From positions 1 through 64,000 of IMG/VR virus record IMGVR_UViG_3300033153_008530: a stretch of DNA of 64,000 nt; one strand, 5' to 3'. Below the pieces are notes generated by a model, which ran no database searches, was not told the DNA's origin, and saw only the letters and a list, made by a program, of their open reading frames with translations. Every line of letters begins with the position of its first letter. The stretch's first letter is position 1. Source of the stretch: a virus. The position numbers and the translations under genes are program-made. This document shows, in pieces, positions 49,001 through 59,800 of this stretch.

Positions 49001-52000
49001 CTGATTTAGAAACAATTTCTGATGGTGGAATAATTATGTTACCTGCGGATTCTGGTAAAAACTCATATACTTCCATGAACTCTGCGGAGTTAAGACCCTG
49101 AACTGGAATACGCACACCCACCATGGTGATTAGTTTCCTATTATCATCTCTATTTAACCACTGTTCATCTTTGATCATTTCATTAAGCCTAAGTCTTGTT
49201 TTTATTCTTTCACCATCATTATGTGTTAATCCTAATAATTTAATAAAACCACCTTGTAAAGCTATTTTAACTTTCATAGCAGATATGGTCTTACGTATAT
49301 TACCTTCTGCGTCAAACATTGAGTATGTAGGTAGATCACTTGATCCCCACTTTGCAATTTCTGCATCTGTAGGATTAGTGAAATTTCTATCAGCGGGGGT
49401 GGCCTCATTGTTTGTAAATAGAGCAGTTGATATCTGAACTAACATTTGTCCATTAACTTTTTGTCTAACAAGCTGTTTATTAACTACTGCAAAAAGAATA
49501 TTCTCAATACTCTCTGCATTAACTGACATTCCAAATGGAAATACTAAGTCTCCTTTATCATCAACTTCTAATACATCAAGTTCAGATGCTGTTATATCTT
49601 TTCTTTCAAGATTTGGTATGATAACTTTATTTAGAAGATCCTGAAGATTTCCTTCTAATTTACCTTTTTCATTATATGACCATCCTGCATCTTTAAGTAA
49701 TTGATCTTTCTTATACTTCATTAACTTATCTAATAACTCCTCGTATTCTTTATATTTAGAAAAGTAATCAGATTCATCCTTCATTACTTGTAAACCCTTT
49801 TTCTCAATCTTCTTCCATTCAACACGTCTCTTTGTAAGGCTTGTACCGGGCATAAAGTCAATTGGTACGCCACCTTCAACTAAACCAGTTTCAATTAGTT
49901 TTCTAAGCTGAGTAGAGAATGTTACTTTAGTTTTATGCTTTGAATCAATATCTAATTGATCTTTTAGAAATTCCAAAAACATAACATTAGGTGTATATTG
50001 ATCTGCAGATTCAACAGACTTAAAGATCCTTTTTATGGGGTCTGCATAAACTTCATCATAAGTTCCATCTTTTGTAATAGTACTTATTTTTGAACCTGAT
50101 TCAAATAATGCATAATCAAATTTTTGATCAACTAAACTATCATGAAGATCTTGTAATCTAGTATTCTCTATAACGTTTGGTATAAGAGGCATTAAAGAGA
50201 ACTTATGACCAGCTATAACTGGTAAACCATCTGTTTTTAAGGGCCCAAAATATTGTACTTTCTTTGGTGGAAAAAATTCTGTTACAAGTCTTGGATCAAC
50301 ATACTCACCAGCAACAATTTTTTTATAAAGTTGTTCTTGTGTATTACTCCATTTTCCTATTGCAAACTGATATATCCTATATGCATCAAATGTAATCCAA
50401 CCTTGACCATCACCTTCGTTCATTTCTTTGTAAGGTTTTATAGCATGGTAAACCGCATTCTCTAATTTTTTACCTTTTAATTCTGCTACAGTGCTATAAT
50501 AATCTCTAAACGCTTTTTCATATTCTTTAACATATACTGAAGATACTATATGATCCTGAAATACTGCTGACTTAAATGTACCATCAAAGTCTTTATCTTT
50601 TATCCCTCTTTTTATACTGTAATCACCCTTCATATTATTTCTAATATAATTGATAATTGCCTGATCAGTTCTAGGGAAACGTCCTGTTGATGCAACCATT
50701 TTGTTTCTCTTAAAGAACTCCATTCCATTCTTATATTGGGCAGGATCTCCATAAAAGAAAATTAACGTTTCAAAATCACGTATCCATTTATTATAAACAA
50801 AAGACTCAAATATTGCTTCTCTTATTTGTGGAGTTGTTGCACTGTGATTCTGATAAGATATTTGTTTTATCAATGAATCAGATATATAGTTAAGATCTCT
50901 ATATCTTTCAGTAACATCTTTTACTTGACTATTAAAATACTTAGTTATTTCATCATGTAATCTATTATATAAATCCTGATTAGTTTTTAATTCCTCAAGT
51001 AGTTCAACATTAAGATCTTTTAGTTCTTTCTTTAAAGGATTTGAAAGAATCTTGTCAAATATTGAAAACTCTTTAGCTCTTTTATTATAACCAGGTACAT
51101 TTTTTACTTGATCTGCTTTATTAATTCTAGTTAATTCAGCTTGTATATAAGGAATAATTATTTCTACTGCCTTATCTTCCCCAGTATTTGTAAAGAAATC
51201 TTTAGTGTCAACATATAAATGCTTATCACTTCCTAATGTGTGAGCTTCAGATATACCTGCAGAATAAGCGCTCCCAGCAGAAGCATGTCTTAATAACTCA
51301 GGAGATCCTGAGACTGGTGTACCACTTAACAGTGTATAATGAAGATCTGTGATTAGTTTTGTATGCTTGTCTGCCTCTACAGTAGTTGAGCTATATCCAA
51401 TATCTGTAATAAGATTATCTACTACCATCTGGTTTCCAGATAGATTATTTAAATCTAGTGTAACACCTTTTCTTTTAATACCACCATTTTCAAAATCAAA
51501 TAAAGAATTTAACCATTGTGATGTGCTTTTATTTTGCCCGTTTTCATCCTGATAAATATACGTCCATGGATTACGTTTTGATGAAAGATAAGACATAAAA
51601 GGTTTATTAATTAACTCATTAAAGGACTTTGAGTCATTAATTTCATTGATAATCACACTTAGCGAACTTTGAAGTGAATATTCATATTGGATATCACCTA
51701 ATGCATTTGTAACAGCTGCAGAAGAATATTTATCTGAGTATTTTAACTGTAATAAAGCTAACTCTTTAAGATTCCCTTTATGACCTTTATGTACAACTCT
51801 CCCTTTTTCAATTATATCATATTCTAAAGCTTCAATAATATTTCTTACTTTAGTACCTTTTTCATTAAAATATTTTAATCTTTTTACTATTTCCTCAACA
51901 AACACTCTGTATCTACTCTTACTATTAATATTTTGTTTTAATTTTATATTTCTTGTATCAAGATCAATTCCAATATCTCTTAAGAATACAAACGGATTAC

Positions 52001-55000
52001 CTGATGGAGATGCAAATTTTTTCATGACAGAATTTATGTCAAGATAATTTCCTTCTGTATCTGGTTTTATGTGTGGAGACTCTTTTGTTGTTGCAAAAGA
52101 ATTCATCCAATCAAATCTTATTCTTCTCCAATTTGCAGAGGCATTCCCAATTTTATCCGTGTATGACCATGCATTTTCTGTATCTCCAAATGCACCTTCC
52201 CTTGTTAAAAGTGTTCTATCCATTGTGTATTGGACCAATGGAATTCTTGTTCTGTTAAACGCTTCAACAAATTTATTCCATAACATGGCATCATAGTATG
52301 TCTCATGACCAGGAGTTTCATCACCTTTTTCATTTATAACAACAGGTTTACCAAGGCGCTCTATAAGTTGTTTATAAACTGGAAAGTCTTGAGAATCCTC
52401 TTCTAATAGATCATATATTTTATTTGAGTCTCTTACTCCCTGTAATAGAGATAATGTATGTTCCCAAGTTACTTTAAAGTTTGAAAGCTTTTTTACACCA
52501 AGTTTGTTATACACACCGTCAGGATCTTGTGGTGTCACTTCAAAGAGAGTCCTTAAAAGATAAAGCACCTCATTTGAAGCTAAATCTTTTACTGAAAGTT
52601 CATTACCTTTTCTGTCATGACCTTTAATTTTGTTAGATGTCTCCTCTTCAGAAAATTCTGTAATGAATTTATCCTCAAGATTTAAGATTTCAGTTCGTTT
52701 TTGATGAAAGGCAATAACACCTTTAGTTTGTTTTTTAGTTATGAATGATTCAAAGTCACCAAAATTATCAATTGCAAATGTCAATAGATCTATACTATTC
52801 TTTGTTACTATATCCTGTGGCTTCTTTTCTTCTTTTGTTCTAAGTTCATTTAGTCTTTCTATGACATATTCATATGCAGTATTTAATCCTGTCTTACTTG
52901 ATAATAATTTGCTTATAGCTGCACGTCCTTTCCCGCTTACAATAAACTCTCTATTAGCTTTATCTATAAGTTCTCCAATTAATGAATCAACTGTTTCACT
53001 GATTAAAATAGAATCAGTAAAAGATATTTGTTCGTCATTAAGTCCTTTTATACCACCCTTATCAAGCTTTGCAAACATCATATTATTTAGAGATGGCGTA
53101 TAATCATTTATGTCACCAATATATAATTTGTCATAAAGATCTTTAACTCCTTCAACACTTTGTTGATCAATAACAACTTGGTCAAGAGTTGAATTTCCAA
53201 ATAGTTGTTTTAGAAAGTCTAATATCTTTTGGAAAATAGTCTTGGCAGCTGGCGTATTTATTTTACGCTTGCCGTCTGAAAGTACATATAACCTAAAATC
53301 TTCAGCTAAATATTCTTCTAACATATAATCAGAAGCCTTTTTAAAACTGATTTTATCACCTAAATAATTTGTAAATGTTCCACTTCTCTTCTTTAAACTA
53401 TCATATAGATCTCTTTTTTGTTCAACTGTAAGATACATTTGACTAAATCCGTGCCATGCCTCATGATAGAGATCTGTATAATTAGAACCTTTGTATAATA
53501 TTATTCCGTTTTTAGTAAATTCTGCAAAGTTTTTGGAATTGACTATATTGAACGCAGCCTGGTATGGAAGATTTTCTCGCATTGGATGGTTGTTATACCA
53601 CTCTTCAGCATCTCTTATTTGTTTTTTAGTAGCTGCATTATTAATATTTTTGTTTTTATCTAACTTAAGAAATCTATTAAGTGCACTGTCCCTGTTATTG
53701 TCAGTGGGATTTTTCGTGACTGCATTGTAATCTTTAAGAATATTTTGAGTTAACTCATCTTCTAATTCTTGTTCTTCTAATTTAATTACTACAGCGGAGC
53801 TCTTTTTAATATTTGGGATTTCTCTTCTCTTTATGAAATCATCTGCATTATCTTTATTACCAAATCTACCTTCAATTCTTTTATTACTTGAGGGAACCTG
53901 GATTACATAATCAGCATGCTCAATAAAATTATACGTACCAGTCAAAATAACTTTACCTTCTTCTTTTAGATCTTTTATTTGCCCTAAGACATCATCTTGT
54001 ACAAGCTTGTAACTTACACCGCTATCTTTTTTCCAATATTCTAAAATAAAATTCTTATCCTTTTTCACTTTAAAATCAGGATCTCTTCTTTTTATTTCAG
54101 CTTTTAGTAGTTCATCCGCATCAATAACACCTTCCATTGTTGGGACAAAAGTAGTCTTACCTGCTCCAGGAGTTGCATAGATTAATTTACCCGTGTATTT
54201 TGATTTAGATTTTTTACCAGCTTTTGGAGTTGAAATAGAAGGATAAGTTGCTGTGTTCTCTAATACTTCACCAGGTTTATATTCAGTGTATATATCATAT
54301 ATGGATTTCTTTTTTAATGGTATAGTTAAAGAACCATCAGAAGATTTTGGAGATTCAGCTGTTGAATATTCTCTCTTACCAATCCCCTTATTTCTTATTA
54401 ATTTAGTTGTAACTGGAAATATTTTAAGTGTATCTAATACTATTCCTGTACGTTGTCTGAATAACTCAGCGTAGGCATTTAGTTGAATCTCGTCTTGAGC
54501 TTGATAATTATATTGTTTGGTTTTATAGGCAATACGTCTATTAAGACCAGATGTTTTAAGATCTACAAGATGAAAGGTTTTATTCTTTTCATGATATAAT
54601 AACATGTCAATTGTACCAGCATAATTAACATTTCCAAGTGTCCCCCATAGGGTTGGTATCTCAGTATATATTCTATAATTCTTCTTAAGTCTTTTCTTTG
54701 CCTCAGCATATACATCATAGAGTTCACCTAAAAACACATCTGAAAATACCTCAGTATTTTTTCTTTCAGGGTGTTCAACATACATTTTTTTAAAAGCCTT
54801 ATATGATGTTATCTGATCAGATAATGTAGCTCTAAATAAATCATCAGCAATTGTACCTCTTGTACGTGCTTGTCCTTCATCTCTAGGAGCATCAGCTGGA
54901 TACGGAATAAGATCTCCTTTAAAGGCGCTTACTCTTCTAAATGATTCTCTAGCTTCATCTATATAAAATTCAGAATCTTTTTTATTTACAGTTAATTTCT

Positions 55001-56810
55001 TTTCTGAAAGTGGTTTAAGTGCTTCAGTTGGATTATCTACTTTGCTTATGATCAGATCATCTGGAGTGCTCTCAATTATATTCTTTTTCTTTCTTCCAAT
55101 TTGTTCTAACGCCTTATTGGACAAAGCATATGTAAAATATGCATTTAACTTAACAATCTTCTTTTCTTTATTTATAGCTGTTTTAGCTTCAAAATTATCT
55201 GTAATCCATAGATTATACTCCATTTCTGTTAGAGTAACAATATTATCCTCAACACTAAAGCTATTAAACCTCTGATTGATAAACTTTTTATTTATGTTCA
55301 GTCTTGAGGCAGATGTATTGTTTTTTCTTTCTTCTTGAAGATATTGTATAATCTTATCTCTTACTGCTTCAGGATTATCTGATTTACTTATATTTTCCTT
55401 TTTAAACTTAAATATAATTGATTTACCTACCTGATCTCTTCTAAAATATATACCATCATACTTTGGGAAATATATAGAGGATAATAGTTCAAATCTCTGT
55501 TGAGGTCTTAATTCTTCTAAAGTTCCTCTTTTGGTTTTAATGTTAAGAGGCATTGTCATCATACTTGCCAAGTTAAAGATCTGATCATCAATCATCTTTG
55601 GTCTGTCAACATATATAGGATCAGTACTATTTTCTTCATAGTCAAAATATGTGAAACCTTTATTTTTTCCAAAAGAATTATCAAGTGCTGGATATGGAAG
55701 GAAACCAAACTCTCCAAAATCTATTTCAGAAAGTTTTGTGTTTCTTTCATATGATACAGGACGATATCCTAAACTGCTACTTTCTAATATTGATGCAGTT
55801 ACAGTTTCTCCATTACTTACAGATCTTTGTATTGCTACAATATCTTCTAAACCTTGATATTGAAGTTTCTTAACATGATCAGTTTGCTTTTTAGTTGGTG
55901 TATCACCATACATTTTTCTTGCAACCTCATTAACTTGCTGAATATCTGATCTCTCCAAAAATAATTTACCATCACTTTTTCTTATAGGCGTTCTCATTTT
56001 AATAGGAATGACATAACCATTTTCTTCATTGGTTATTTTTAACTCATCATTAAAATATATAGGATGTCCTTCACTATCAGTAATTATCCATACAACACCT
56101 TTTTTTGTTTTTTCAGGATTTTTTGTAATATACTGTTGTTCACCTTGGGTCCAATTTTTAAGAGGAACATCAGCTGCTAAAACTGCAGTTATATAATAAC
56201 CCATCTTATCCCCCGTGTCATCACTACTAATTCTTATTTTACTTATAATATCTCTTATAACAGCATATCTACGTTTTGAAGCTGGATCTTTACTTGGTAT
56301 ATTAGTAAATTTTCCTTTTTCTGTTTCAGGAGCTTCATTACCTGTTGTTGTATTTGAAGATATTGGTCTTGCTTCAAAATTTCCTTCAATGTCCAGCTCT
56401 TCATTGGTAAGATCTTTTCTCTCCTCTGGATCAAGCATATTTAATATTCTCAATCTTGTTACAATAATCTCAAGTTCTTTAATATCTACTTCAGGATATA
56501 CATACTTAAATACATTATCAAGATTTTCAAATGACTCTGTCATCTCAACTAACTCACTGTACTTATTACCAACGTATTTACCTATGGTATTATCATTTGC
56601 TGCCAGCTTCTTTACAAAATCTGGAACCAATTGAACATATGCAAGAACTTTTGCCTTTTCTTTTTTAAGGTCATTAGATGCAATGTTCTCTATATGATTA
56701 ATGATGTCATTAAGGTTATATTCAACCTCCTCATTCATCATATTTTTAAGTTTTCTTGCAGTAATAGACAATATTGCTTCTATATGTTTATCTGGTAATC
56801 TACATTTCAT
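46056..56810 (-). CDS. virion-packaged single-chain RNA polymerase (phi14:2 gp66-like) with accessory N-terminal domains
   Basis: GVRIPVQG...SGSDFDIDK (48981-48995), DGQGWIT, WVDVEKDP. Confidence 0.9.
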   Translation of the reverse strand: MKCRLPDKHIEAILSITARKLKNMMNEEVEYNLNDIINHIENIASNDLKKEKAKVLAYVQLVPDFVKKLAANDNTIGKYVGNKYSELVEMTESFENLDNVFKYVYPEVDIKELEIIVTRLRILNMLDPEERKDLTNEELDIEGNFEARPISSNTTTGNEAPETEKGKFTNIPSKDPASKRRYAVIRDIISKIRISSDDTGDKMGYYITAVLAADVPLKNWTQGEQQYITKNPEKTKKGVVWIITDSEGHPIYFNDELKITNEENGYVIPIKMRTPIRKSDGKLFLERSDIQQVNEVARKMYGDTPTKKQTDHVKKLQYQGLEDIVAIQRSVSNGETVTASILESSSLGYRPVSYERNTKLSEIDFGEFGFLPYPALDNSFGKNKGFTYFDYEENSTDPIYVDRPKMIDDQIFNLASMMTMPLNIKTKRGTLEELRPQQRFELLSSIYFPKYDGIYFRRDQVGKSIIFKFKKENISKSDNPEAVRDKIIQYLQEERKNNTSASRLNINKKFINQRFNSFSVEDNIVTLTEMEYNLWITDNFEAKTAINKEKKIVKLNAYFTYALSNKALEQIGRKKKNIIESTPDDLIISKVDNPTEALKPLSEKKLTVNKKDSEFYIDEARESFRRVSAFKGDLIPYPADAPRDEGQARTRGTIADDLFRATLSDQITSYKAFKKMYVEHPERKNTEVFSDVFLGELYDVYAEAKKRLKKNYRIYTEIPTLWGTLGNVNYAGTIDMLLYHEKNKTFHLVDLKTSGLNRRIAYKTKQYNYQAQDEIQLNAYAELFRQRTGIVLDTLKIFPVTTKLIRNKGIGKREYSTAESPKSSDGSLTIPLKKKSIYDIYTEYKPGEVLENTATYPSISTPKAGKKSKSKYTGKLIYATPGAGKTTFVPTMEGVIDADELLKAEIKRRDPDFKVKKDKNFILEYWKKDSGVSYKLVQDDVLGQIKDLKEEGKVILTGTYNFIEHADYVIQVPSSNKRIEGRFGNKDNADDFIKRREIPNIKKSSAVVIKLEEQELEDELTQNILKDYNAVTKNPTDNNRDSALNRFLKLDKNKNINNAATKKQIRDAEEWYNNHPMRENLPYQAAFNIVNSKNFAEFTKNGIILYKGSNYTDLYHEAWHGFSQMYLTVEQKRDLYDSLKKRSGTFTNYLGDKISFKKASDYMLEEYLAEDFRLYVLSDGKRKINTPAAKTIFQKILDFLKQLFGNSTLDQVVIDQQSVEGVKDLYDKLYIGDINDYTPSLNNMMFAKLDKGGIKGLNDEQISFTDSILISETVDSLIGELIDKANREFIVSGKGRAAISKLLSSKTGLNTAYEYVIERLNELRTKEEKKPQDIVTKNSIDLLTFAIDNFGDFESFITKKQTKGVIAFHQKRTEILNLEDKFITEFSEEETSNKIKGHDRKGNELSVKDLASNEVLYLLRTLFEVTPQDPDGVYNKLGVKKLSNFKVTWEHTLSLLQGVRDSNKIYDLLEEDSQDFPVYKQLIERLGKPVVINEKGDETPGHETYYDAMLWNKFVEAFNRTRIPLVQYTMDRTLLTREGAFGDTENAWSYTDKIGNASANWRRIRFDWMNSFATTKESPHIKPDTEGNYLDINSVMKKFASPSGNPFVFLRDIGIDLDTRNIKLKQNINSKSRYRVFVEEIVKRLKYFNEKGTKVRNIIEALEYDIIEKGRVVHKGHKGNLKELALLQLKYSDKYSSAAVTNALGDIQYEYSLQSSLSVIINEINDSKSFNELINKPFMSYLSSKRNPWTYIYQDENGQNKSTSQWLNSLFDFENGGIKRKGVTLDLNNLSGNQMVVDNLITDIGYSSTTVEADKHTKLITDLHYTLLSGTPVSGSPELLRHASAGSAYSAGISEAHTLGSDKHLYVDTKDFFTNTGEDKAVEIIIPYIQAELTRINKADQVKNVPGYNKRAKEFSIFDKILSNPLKKELKDLNVELLEELKTNQDLYNRLHDEITKYFNSQVKDVTERYRDLNYISDSLIKQISYQNHSATTPQIREAIFESFVYNKWIRDFETLIFFYGDPAQYKNGMEFFKRNKMVASTGRFPRTDQAIINYIRNNMKGDYSIKRGIKDKDFDGTFKSAVFQDHIVSSVYVKEYEKAFRDYYSTVAELKGKKLENAVYHAIKPYKEMNEGDGQGWITFDAYRIYQFAIGKWSNTQEQLYKKIVAGEYVDPRLVTEFFPPKKVQYFGPLKTDGLPVIAGHKFSLMPLIPNVIENTRLQDLHDSLVDQKFDYALFESGSKISTITKDGTYDEVYADPIKRIFKSVESADQYTPNVMFLEFLKDQLDIDSKHKTKVTFSTQLRKLIETGLVEGGVPIDFMPGTSLTKRRVEWKKIEKKGLQVMKDESDYFSKYKEYEELLDKLMKYKKDQLLKDAGWSYNEKGKLEGNLQDLLNKVIIPNLERKDITASELDVLEVDDKGDLVFPFGMSVNAESIENILFAVVNKQLVRQKVNGQMLVQISTALFTNNEATPADRNFTNPTDAEIAKWGSSDLPTYSMFDAEGNIRKTISAMKVKIALQGGFIKLLGLTHNDGERIKTRLRLNEMIKDEQWLNRDDNRKLITMVGVRIPVQGLNSAEFMEVYEFLPESAGNIIIPPSEIVSKSGSDFDIDKLTIMMPNIRRNKEGEVILSTEGVRGVENEIMYKMKEILELPHNFISLVRPNSNHLAMDVVDQIRGEEAENISHTKILEIGFNTDIHEAFNVGKKTLGQGAIANTYNALFNRVGMYLMPTFMRDKSEFNTRILLDHNTFKVGKNDVISLSNINNVDGVEIAQILEQLINGWVDVEKDPWIFHLQGNTELTPILLLLVESGVSLTDAVMFLSNPLIKEYVKEQRIMSSSFSMPLGMAPDETQYTRYQAKVNVIARNGFDNYSTLGLDATNTPSVPNILLTAQRRTSNFNPAKLKEIALNGTVNDTARDAFLHFIELELIAGSVRDVKLNTNLDTDPAASLYNVQERRRNMRTINKYGLFPRGPLDRLLTESPISSFASVPDFQEEVWSKYFPLRNHELVNKFLYDFLDTAAGKGAVRTTYGQNEQEKFVAAWKNDLVSFIFQNSIKGFNKNTKEYRSLTVNDKIGVEEVDVLTVGAYVKDNVLYVNKEALNDMFKNKTYADQNKRVRWVQKINKEGKGVKKEWVLSGHALLTPDAFKTRDVLSEKEFYKFIYEREYLRSIISFKEESKKEEFKEKLKRNMNQVDSIETERQEGETDNMYEKRMKLLTYEEILRDKALDNTLNIRNMFYGHNSMVNQFMDIKAKYPSLSRDYPLMESIIQSKAKPGERIKNLKLKETVLDPDTVEVYHENLLELSNPSEIKIDDPEDKLKITNFFQRFNYYAFLQSGLNTKSPLSMTRIIDQRNILLLLKGPYESYIKNLNEEILTLYTNRMITMNRAITKSLNMRSKNYMIDKTLASTMTSEQKVPVKEGIPLKKYKTKDVYIYDAQTSSSKYEVLATQSGGVTFIYNERGKKGRDESLSEFDNSLGIPLINDGKMMTDETLEENKILIDNAIDKIANLMKGNNSIALIKTGYGKELLDNVKSRKTYVHLSSKLYDKFGYINPGSLRSTSIRAIIQKDQPISDYEIQELKNKCLA

Positions 56811-56824
56811 AATCTCTAACTATT

Positions 56825-59800
56825 TTAAGTAGGTGAACAAGGGGGTTCATCTTCTAATGCACTAATATCCTCATCATCAGTTTTATCATCAGATAGTTTA
56901 ATTATCTCTTTAACTTTATCACTATCATCACCTATATCTAAAGCAGCATCTTTAGTTTCATTTATACTTTCTGCATCTTCTCCTGTTATTACCTCTGTTA
57001 TCTCTGGTTTAACAAACTTAGTCCCTTCAACAACACCTCTTATTTGTTTATCAAATGTTTCTCTTTTTATTACTAATTCATTTCCCTTTTGATCTTGTGC
57101 AATAATTTGGTTTTTAGAAACTTTAACTACCATCACGGGACCTGATATATCTTTACCGGGATTTATTGGACTAAGAAGCATTTTTGCTTTTACATCATCA
57201 AAGCTGAATTTTATTAGTTCTTTCTTTATGTTATACATATCTGTAATTAAATCTGAATTAAGTGATCTACCATCTATTATTATACTACTTCTTAATTTTG
57301 AGTTAAGTGTTAAGAGTTTTTCAGCTGCCTTAGACCATTTCTCTAAATCTTTAAAAGTTTTAATATTTTTATATTGTGATGATAATACTCTATGTATTTG
57401 CATATTAATATCAATATCTTCTGGATCAGCTTCTTTAATCTCTTTTTCAACTTCAACAATATCATATGCATGTAATTCTCCTTTTTTTAACCATGTTTTT
57501 ATAGTTGTGTCTTCAGTATCTACAATAAGATCATCAACAACTATATCTCCTACTGGGATACGCCCATGATGTACTAATGTATATACTTTATCTCCAATTA
57601 CTATATGACCTATTTGGTTTTTTGTTTTTAAACCAATCTGTGTAGCTCTTGTTGCATTTACAACTAAAACCTTTCTTCCTTCTTTTTCTTGTATATTTTC
57701 AATTTCTTCAGGTGTTAGTATATCTGAACTTATACGTATACCTAATTTTTCTTTTTCAATATCTGTTAATCCTTCAAGTTCTTTTGCTGAAGGCATTCCT
57801 TCTTTTAATGCAATGAGCTCATTATTTCTACGATCACTTATCTTTTTTATAAGCGCTTTTTTGCTACTTGCTTCAAGTTGAACTTTTTCTCCATTACTCT
57901 TTTCATAAATTGTTGTAAAAACCTTACGTGATCTTTCATCATCTAAATCTTCTATGTCTTCACTGATATTATCTATAGCATCTTTAGCTCTTCTGGCTAT
58001 ATCATCTTTTTTAGATAATTTTTTAGATTTCTTTTTAACTTTTTTCTTATCTGTTTTAAGACTCTGATTATATTTTGCAATAATTACAGCGGCAGAATTT
58101 GTATTTTCTATATATTCCTTTAATCCAATTGGTTTTTCATCAATTGCTTCTTTTCTCTTATTATGCGTTTCTAAACCTTTTTTAAGTTGCTCTATTAAGG
58201 GAGCTGGCAAATCTTCAATCTTTGTGTCAGGAGTAAAACCAAGATCAGGTCCATCATTGTCCTTTGGATCTTGTTTACCAGTGTTTGTCTGATCAATATA
58301 CTCTGTTGTTAAAGCTATTGTTTGATCTAAAACTGTATTACCCGTTTTGATACCTAATGCTTTATTTAAGAATCTTGTAACAGCTTTAAGGAATTCTTGC
58401 CAAGCGGATGTTTTTGCATCATCCCATTTGATTTCTTTTAATAACTTTTGGAAGTTATCATTTGTCATTGCTTCAGCAACAAATTCTTCAATATCTTTTA
58501 ACCCATAAGGAACTATACCAATTTTACCAGTATTAGCTAAATAATAATCAACTGTTTTTTTCCATATTTCCTCTATTGCTGTTCTATATTCTGTATCTGT
58601 TCTTAATCCTTTAACAGTAAGTCTATGTATTATTTCATGAAGAATTGTATGCTCAATTGCGTTTTGTCCTGCTGTATAGTCAATAGAAGAATATCTTACA
58701 TCTATATATACGTCACCAGATTCTGTATCATAAACACCGGGTGTTGAAAGGTTATTTACAAACTTGATTGTATCAGTTGCGTTTGTTTTCATTAATAATG
58801 CAGCCGCTAACTTTTTCTCTCGTGGTGTAGATAAAGACCCACTGTCTATAATTGACTGTAATACCACTCTTTGTAATACTGTACTTTCTGCAGAATCAGG
58901 ATCAAAACCAAATTGCTCTGCATAATCTTTATAAGTACGTTTATCATTTTTATATTTACTTCTTCCTCTTGGATCATATCTTGTATCAGCTCTTGCTTCA
59001 GGAATTGGCTTTCCAGTTACTTCACTCCATTTATTGACAATTTCTAATATTTTTACCCAATCTTCTGGATGAGTGTCTTGTGTTATTTCTTCAAGATCTG
59101 TTACTCTGTAAAAGGTAGCTGGTAATATCTTATCTGTTTTAAATGCTTGTGCATCATCTGGATCAAAAAAGTATCCTGCTTCATAAAGAGACTGAAACAA
59201 ACCATTATCATCTGATATATCTTCGTAAAGATTTAATAAGTGAGCTATATCTTCCTTTTTACGTTTGTATGTTTCCTTCATTATAGAAGCTTCTCTCCTA
59301 GCGCTATTGATCATAGGGGCTCCTGATGGATCTAGTAGTATGTTAACTGAGTTTGTTAGATTTATACTCTCATTTTCTAATTTATAGTAATCTGCTAGTT
59401 TTTCAAATGAAGCTTCTATATCTTCATTAAATACATGACCACTATTTATTTTAGCTATAACTTCTAAATAATTTTTATATTTATCAAATAACTTTTCCTT
59501 TGAAGTCATTTGTTTTTTAACCTGATCAAAATCAAACTCCAATTGACCAGCTTCAACTTTAGCATTAGTAATTGATTCTTCTTCTAAATTGTTTTTATAT
59601 TCCTCAATTGAATCTTTTAACTCTTTTAAAGCATCTAATTTTAATTGTTTAGACTTTTTAACTGCTTTAAATGTTTGATCACCCTCTGAAAATTGTTCAA
59701 CTTCTTTCTTTAAGAGCTCTATTTCTTTATAAATTGAACCAAGCGCAAGCTCTGTTGATTCATCTTTTGAATCAAATAAAAGATTAAAGTCATGGGCTTT

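Noticed and set aside
33395-56810. Introns or inteins in PolB or the RNAP
   Set aside because: The ORFs are continuous; I saw no intein or LAGLIDADG motifs
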